From: Paramecium tetraurelia
Taxonomy: Eukaryota
Direction of reading: 5' to 3'
Assembly (NCBI GenBank): GCA_000165425.1
Contig: CT868062.1
Coordinates: 1-64,000 of the forward strand
DNA length: 64,000 bases
Numbering within the stretch: the first letter of the stretch is position 1; each line of letters opens with the position of its first letter. The notes under the pieces are model-generated. The model was given only the letters and a program-made list of their open reading frames with translations. It had not been told where the DNA came from and made no database searches. Shown here piece by piece: positions 56,601 through 64,000 of this stretch. Made by a program: the position numbers and the translations under genes.

Positions 56601-59600
56601 CTTTGTTCCAAATTTTCCAGACATAAGATAAGAAGTTAACAATTTCAATTTGTGTTTTGACTGATCATATTAAATATGTTTGCTAAGATTATGGAAATGT
56701 TTAGCTTTAAGAAAAAATATCTGATCAACTATTCAGTATATGGTAAGATAGCGACAACATTGTGAGATTCATTACCATTTCAACCTCATATAAAGTAACA
56801 AGTTATCTAGCTCCAGACGGTATTGTCATTGAAGACAAAACAATATCATTCGAAGAAAAGGAGGGTTAATAAATAGTAAGTATCTTAAATTAAGGAGAAT
56901 ACTTATTTATATTATAAAAGAACGGAGTATTAAATAGTTATTAAAGCGAAAAATTCAGCTTTGTTAATCAGATAACTGGAAATGCTTTGATTGGATATGG
57001 TGGATAATGGAAGCCAATTAAATTGTATGGTAATAGAATGTTAAAATCAAACATTGTATTTGTTTAAAATGAAAACAATATTGCTCTAATTAATTACATT
57101 AACACAGAATTCATTTTCGTTAAACAAATGGATTATACTTAAAATACTGAAATCCACATTTCAGCCGCTAAAGATTCATTCTTTTTTGCAAACGATAAGG
57201 AAATATTGGAATACAATTATTCAAACCTTTTGAACATTTTCAAATCAAAGACAGTTGAATTATTTGGATACACTATTGCTACTCCATTGACTGTTACATC
57301 TTAATTATCAACTGGTAATCTAGTCATTAAAACATCCAAAGCATAAGATATCTATTTAAATATATTTAGACCATCCCTTACATAGCATGATACATTCTAT
57401 TTAGCATTTAAATTAAATGGTGTTAAATAAGGAGATCCATTTTAATTGTCTTTAGGAGGTTCTCTATACATCATAACTCTTGCAAATGGAGAAAAGATTC
57501 AATAATTAAACTTTATTTTATTGAACCCTGAATTAATTGTTATCCCAATCAAAAAGCTTTAGAAATTTGTTTCAAACTTCCATGTTATAATGGATATTAT
57601 GAATGGGGATGACTAAACTTAAAAAGTGCATTATGAGTAAGATATAAAAGTAGCTAATACATTCACAAGTTTGATAGTTAATGATGAAGAATATTTAAAA
57701 TCAATCGAAATAAATGAAAATGATGGAAAAACTGAAGTAGCCATTAGATCTGATTGGATTGGAGGTTAAATAATAAGTACAGAATTGTCTTAGTAATCAA
57801 TCACTGATGACATAACACTTTTACCTTTTGTAAGCCAAGATTAGGCAGTCTTAATGGATTATTCAATTTATGATGTTGCTAAACCTTAGGCTGTCACCTT
57901 TTTGCAAGCTTCAAACACAGTTTTGTCATTCAAGGGAGACGACTTGAAAAATGCTCAGCCTGTTTTGACAAAATTGTCGGAGCACTATAAATGCTTCAGA
58001 TTAGAAGCCGATAGCACAAGACTTTATTCTGTTTGTAATAATGGTGTAGAAGATTAAATTTAAGTGGCTACTTGTGATGATAAATAGAAATGTTAAAGAG
58101 AAAATGCTTACATCTCAGCTCCATTCGCAACTTAAATTGCTGCTTTGGCTTAAGATGTTATTGTTGTTCTTCATACTGATTCATTGAATCCTGAAAACTA
58201 TGATGGATATATTACAATTAGAAAATTAGTATAAACTGATGGAATCTGGTCATCCACTACATTATTAACCATTGATTATGACTTCATTAAATAGAAATTT
58301 GGAGCATAAGCACCTAAATAGTTTAGACCATCTTCATTTATCCATTCACCAACAGGAAACAGTGTATCTCTCTACTATTTATAATTGATTATTACTGATA
58401 GCGTTAATGGTTTATTGTTTGTAGATTTAACTCTTTCAAAGACAACTTCAGAATTGTAGTATCAATTTTCAGAATATAAACTTTTGAAAGATTGGCTAAA
58501 TATTGATCAATATGCTACTGATGATACTCATTATTATTAAGCCTAAATTGTAACATCATAAGTTGAATATCCTACCAAAAAAACATTAAAATTAGCTCTT
58601 GTAACTGACATTTCATCCTCATATGTTTTTGAATTAGTTTTTGCAATTCAAGCCAATGTTTCTTGTAAACTAAGCACAATAAGAACTATTTTTGTTTTGA
58701 ATAGATATGGTAATTTCAAGGCATTGAACTATGTTTCAGCCTCATCATCCTCAATAGCAATCCCCTATGTTAATAACCTAGAGGTGATCATTGGAGTTTA
58801 TAAGATTCCAACTGATCTATAGAATGGTGCAGTTTAAACTATATAGGGATCTCACACATTTGCTCACTTTAAGAAATAAATCACTCCTCAAGATTTCTTA
58901 ATTTATAATACAGACAGTCTATTCTTGACAAGTACTACATAAATGGGAGTCTATCAAAATTAAGTTAGATATCAGTAAGTATTGAAATTCGGAGAACCTA
59001 AAAACTTGCATAATCAAAAGTTGACTTTGACATTTTAGAATGATTTTAGAAGAGTAGTCAGAACTATAGATTTATCCATAATACCTGTAAATAAGGATGA
59101 ATGCAAAACCAAGTTGACAGATCTTAAGATTTACCCATCCCAAGGCGAAGTTATGCAATGGGCATTGACTTAAAACTTCTTCGATGGTGTTTCTCTGAAA
59201 TATAGTGTAGACTAAGCTGACTTTTCAGTAGTTTAACCATTGACTTAGGTTGGATAATCAGTTAATCATATATAAGGTAAGGATATATTATTATATAATT
59301 AGTTGCAACATAAATTGTATCTGCAAAGGCACTTTTGACTTAGAATGGAGCCTGGTCCAATCAATTTGGATTCTTAAATAACGATGGATTAAAATATTCA
59401 ATTTACTATTCAGACACGTAATTTATTTTTCTAAAATAGTCCTGCAATAAATGGAGCTCCATCTTTTAACCAAGTCCTTAACATTAAGAAAATGGTAGAG
59501 CATTCCATTTGCGGAGACTTTGTGTAGCTATCTAAAACTGAATTTGTTGTTGATTGTTAAATTAATGATAATAAAAATTTAATTTACCTAAATGGAAATA

Positions 59601-62600
59601 TTGAATTAAATACAATTATGATTGAAGATACTTTAATGAAAAGATTATTAGGATCATATCAAATCAAGGAAGTGAAATATGTTGTAAGAGTTGCATTGTC
59701 AATCACAAGCGAAGGTTAGTTGGCTCATAAATCATACGTGGAATTGTTTTAAATATAAAATGATGGCCCTATACATTTAGCAACATTAGATAAAGCTAAA
59801 TTAGCTGAAATTACTTTCAAGTAAATAGATGAATTGAATATCGTCGATTTCAAGATTGGATTAAATGGATAAATTTACTTATTAGATGCTAAGATGGGAA
59901 TCTTTGTTGTATATTTCGATAAAGTTTGGAAATTCTCAAGATTTATTGAACAAAAGTTTGGCTAAGCCTTTGCATTCGATAGAGCCGTGCTTAGTAATAA
60001 ATAGGAAATATTTGCAATCAAGGGATACAATTACTATGGAATAATTAATAAAGATGGAAAGATAATAAAAATATAGGATCTTCCTTTTGCTAGTGTGACA
60101 TATCCTTAACAGATTAGATTAAGTGGCAAATATGTGTTTTTACAAAATCAAGGAAATCTCTACATCTACCATTCTGATGAGAATAATACTGGTCTTATCG
60201 ACATTGTAAATCTGACAAACTCAGCAGGAATCGTAAATCCTAATAGTTAAGAAATAGTAACTGTTTCATTAACATCCTCATCAGCTTGGAGCTTTAGTTT
60301 GGGATCCTTGAAATTCAATGGAAATGCATAAGCAAGTACTAATTTCAAAGCTGTGACAATTTAAGCCAAATCTTAACACAATCAAATGTGTTATTCTAGA
60401 ATTTACTATCAAGTATTGGCAAGCAATAGTGAGACTATCTACAAAAAGGTTGAGACTGAAACACCATTCCCTAATGTTTTAGATGAGAATGATGAACAAA
60501 TTAAGTTAGGAAGTTTGGTATCAGGTCCAAATTTGATATATGAAATTGTTCAACCAAAATCACCATTTGCCTCAAGGTTGAATCAATTTTTAGGTGTTGC
60601 TGCAGACCCAGATTTCGATGTGAACGCTCAAATTGCACATTAGAGATCTATTCAAGTTACTAACTGGCCAAAGAAAGCATTGTATTAGACATCCTTAGTT
60701 GCGAATAATTAAGAGACTCTTTTCTAAGTTTTCTAATAAGAAGACAAGAAGCTTATTATTTATTCTTGTGAATTGGTTGATCACGTAAAATATGAGTGCA
60801 AGGAGTATGGTAATTTGTAAGTGCAAGTGCAATTATCAGATTAGATCTTCAGCATATGGTAAGATTCTGATAATGTCGTTCGTTTCATTACATTGGATAC
60901 ACCATTTATCATTAAATTCTTGGAAATTAAGAATAATAAGACTGTTTAATATGGATCAATCAAATTAAATGAAGCAGAAGAGAAGGATGAATTAAAAGCA
61001 GTAGCATTCTAAAATCAAGGAGAAAATCTGTTTGTAATTTAGGAGAGTGGAGTTTTATCATCATATTCTACTGAGTCTTTCTTAATTATCAACTCAATTA
61101 CAGGCTAAAACTTGATTGGATTCTAAGGAGAATGGAAACCTATTAAATTATACGGAAATAGAATTTTAAGACAAAATGTTATTCTTGTTCAAAATGAGAA
61201 TAATGTCGTGATTATCAACTACTAACACCAAGAATTCATTTATGGATCTAACATTGCCTATACCAAAGGCAACTAAATATACATAGCCTAAGCTACTAAT
61301 TCATTGTTCCTTGTCAATAACAAAGACTTAAGTGAATACAATTACGAATAAGTTAACAATGTTTTCAAACAAAAGACTGTAGAACTATTTGGATATCAAA
61401 TCACACAACCTTTGAGTGTCTCTTCACACTTAAAAACAGGTATTTTGGTTGTTAGAACTACAAAGAATGAAAATGTTTACTTGAATATTTACAAACCAGA
61501 TCAATTACAACACGAGACATTCTATTTGGCTGTTAAGATTAATGGCAAGGTAGATGATGCATTTACATTATCTGTAAGTGGATCAGACCCAGTAGGATCA
61601 GCTTACATAGTTGCCTTAGCCAATGGCGAAGCTGTTTAATAATTGGAATTTGTTGTACTTGATCCAGAATTGATTCTTATACCCAATAAATAAAAACAAA
61701 AGTATCTTACTGATTATGAAGTTTCAATCAATGTTAAGAATGCTGATTCATAAAATAACAATATCCTTCCATTCACTTAAAAGGTCAAGGTAATCAATAC
61801 ATTCACTAGTTTAATTGTTGATGATACAAAGGCAACTTAATAAATTGAAATTGAAGCCAAGCAAAATTCAACTGCTGTCAAGTTGACAAATGGATGGATT
61901 AGTGGATAGTAGGCTTATTGTACATTAACATAAGAAAAAGCTAACGATATTGTCGTTTAATCATATCTCTACGAAACAAAGAACTCTGCATTGAAGAATT
62001 ATTAATTCAAAGACGCTTAAGCCTTCTAAAAGAATGTTATCTTTTAAGCTATGAATAACGTACTCTTAATGAAAGACAACAAATTAGAAGAAAGCACACC
62101 TCTTCTTGAGGCATTAGGTCAAGAATATGATTGCTTCAGATTAACATCTTTTGAAAAGTCAATATATTCTGTTTGTAATAATGGTGTAGAAGATTAAATT
62201 TAAGTGGCTACTTGTGATGATAAATAGAAATGTTAAAGAGAAAATGCTTACATCTCAGCTCCATTCGCAACTTAAATTGCTGCTTTGGCATAAGATATTA
62301 TTGTTGTTCTTCATACTGATTCATTGAATCCTGAAAACTATGATGGATATATTACAATCAGAAAATTAGTATAAACTGATGGAATCTGGTCATCCACTAC
62401 ATTATTAACCATTGATTATGACTTCATTCAATAGAAGTTGGGAGCATAAGCACCTAAATAGTTTAGACCATCTTCATTTGTTCATTCATTAACTCATTCT
62501 GATGATAACTCACTTTCAGTTTAATTCATTATTTCTGATAGTGTAAATGGTTTAGCCTTTATTGATTTCAGTTTCCCTAAGAATACATATGAGCCCAAAT

Positions 62601-63416
62601 ATTTATTCATGGAGTATTAGTTACTTTAAAAGTGGCTGAATGATAACAAACATTATGCTAATGATAATACACATTACTATGCTAATAAAATTGTTGAAGA
62701 ATCCATCAAGGAGAAAATCAAGAGCATCACATTAGTAGTAGTTACTGATAATTCATCATCTTATGTTTTCAATCTCTAATTTGCCATATTAGACAATTAA
62801 TCAAACAAGTTAACAAAAACAGAAGTTAAAGTGGCTTTGAATAGATACGGAACATGGAAGGCATTAAACACAGTTGCTGCCAATAAATAATCAGTTGTTG
62901 TAGCCTTTTACAATAATTCAAAAGTCGTCGTTGGTGTTTATCACATCACTGAAAATGCTATCTCTGTAATAAATGGATCATTTTCATTCACAACACAAGG
63001 AGTTTAAAAACTGGAACCAGTTGATTTCCTCCTTTATTTACAAGTAAATTTATATTTATATTTTTTAGGAATCTTCTTTGATAGCCAGCAAAGTCAGCAA
63101 GGGCTTGTAACAATATGAGATCAGGAACGATATCACTTTAAGCTTCGGAGAGAGTGCCAAGTTGGAAAACCAAACCTTAACCATAACATTTTCTAATGAT
63201 TACAGATAAGTGTCGAAATAAATTAAATTGAGTATCAAACCAGACGATGGAGGAGATGATGATGATAGCTCAGGCTCTAATGCTTGGTGGATAACCCTTG
63301 TAGTTGTTGGATCCTTAATCGTACTAGGATTAATTGGATTTTTCTTCTACAAAAAGAGAAAAGACAACGAAGAGGAATAAGAAGATTAAGACACTGGATA
63401 TGCACCTCTAAATTGA
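50628..63416 (+). CDS. Giant type-I membrane protein B (~4,200 aa): signal peptide, three ~1,400-aa units, one TM helix, short acidic tail
   Basis: Starts MNQKITSSLIVFLICLSIVNA. Eight short introns give a 12594-nt frame consistent with track ORFs 52709, 53903, 55766, 60386 and 61412. TM helix AWWITLVVVGSLIVLGLIGFFFY. Ends DTGYAPLN*. Confidence 0.88.
58025..58339 (+). repeat. 315-bp near-identical direct repeat, second copy at 62165-62479
   Basis: Direct comparison by eye shows about 6 mismatches and no gaps; the flanks are far more diverged. Confidence 0.92.
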
Positions 63417-63442
63417 GTTATACATTAAAAACATTATCAAAT

Positions 63443-64000
63443 TCAATCAATTAATTTCTTGGATTAAAATGTCTTTGATCCTATTGTGGGAGATCTTTTT
63501 AATTAAATTGTCGGAGATCGTTTAATCTGTCTTGCTTTATATGCAGCTGCACTTCTGGCCTCACTCATTATTGACTATAATCTGATTTTAAAATCTGAAT
63601 GATAATTTTTCATTAAGCGAACCCACTCTTTGTGAGTCAATTCAATTTACAATTTGGGCTATTCAATCTGACTTAGATAGACAACCAACTTGTAGGTAAG
63701 CATTTGGAATGGATAACTATCAGAAGAAAATTATCTAATTTTATCGAAAATATTTTCTTTAGTCATAGAGCCATTTAATCGAGCTATTATCGATATATAC
63801 AATTATTACTTCTTTTCATATTGATTTCTCTTTTCTCTATCATCATCCTGTACTCCTATTCCTCCTTTTATTTTAATTACTTAACTTCATCAGATGATAG
63901 TTTTGACATCAATTTCATTCTTTCTGTTGCAATTAGCACTTTGTTCTTTTATTTATAATCAAGGAGTGCTGAAAAATACTAATGCACAATATATTAAATA
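63443..64000 (-). CDS. 3' part of a hypothetical protein that continues beyond the window
   Basis: Code-6 frame YFSALLDYKQKNKVLIATERMKL...IKRSPTIQLKRSPTIGSKTFQSKKLID* with a 26-nt intron near 63785-63810. Confidence 0.65.

Noticed and set aside
58025..62479. Long direct repeats as possible LTRs of a mobile element
   Set aside because: Both copies lie in frame at equivalent positions of the protein repeat units; no transposase, reverse transcriptase or target-site duplication was seen.
41947..63416. Identification as Paramecium surface antigens (i-antigens) or sortilin/VPS10
   Set aside because: They lack the periodic Cys repeats and GPI signal of i-antigens, and I saw no Asp-box (SxDxGxTW) or 10CC motifs typical of VPS10 domains.

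Overview
AT-rich, gene-dense eukaryotic DNA from a ciliate macronuclear genome, most likely Paramecium. Long reading frames exist only if TAA/TAG are read as Gln and TGA as the sole stop (translation table 6), and genes carry tiny 20-34 nt GT..AG introns. The supplied standard-code ORF track is therefore mostly fragments or shadow ORFs. Manual translation gives about 25 protein genes: three intronless paralogous Cys/His-motif + coiled-coil + WD40 genes, a giant Cys-rich (CGDG/DUF4215-type) multi-pass membrane protein, a claudin-like tetraspan protein, a B-box-like/propeller protein, a GNAT acetyltransferase, cathepsin L, a metallophosphoesterase, EAPP, eIF2B-delta, an importin-alpha-like protein, an Aurora-like kinase, a CUE protein, a SYP7-type Qc-SNARE, an SR protein, mitochondrial bL35 and acyl carrier protein, and several hypothetical proteins. 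The standout is 41.9-63.4 kb: two tandem giant type-I membrane protein genes (about 2,800 and 4,200 aa) built from 2 and 3 copies of a ~1,400-aa unit. They show sharply bounded near-identical DNA patches between otherwise diverged units, and short cytoplasmic tails ending in dileucine-like and GYxxPhi sorting motifs. All family assignments come from motif recognition by eye; no database search was run. No rRNA, tRNA, CRISPR array, transposon or telomere was recognised.
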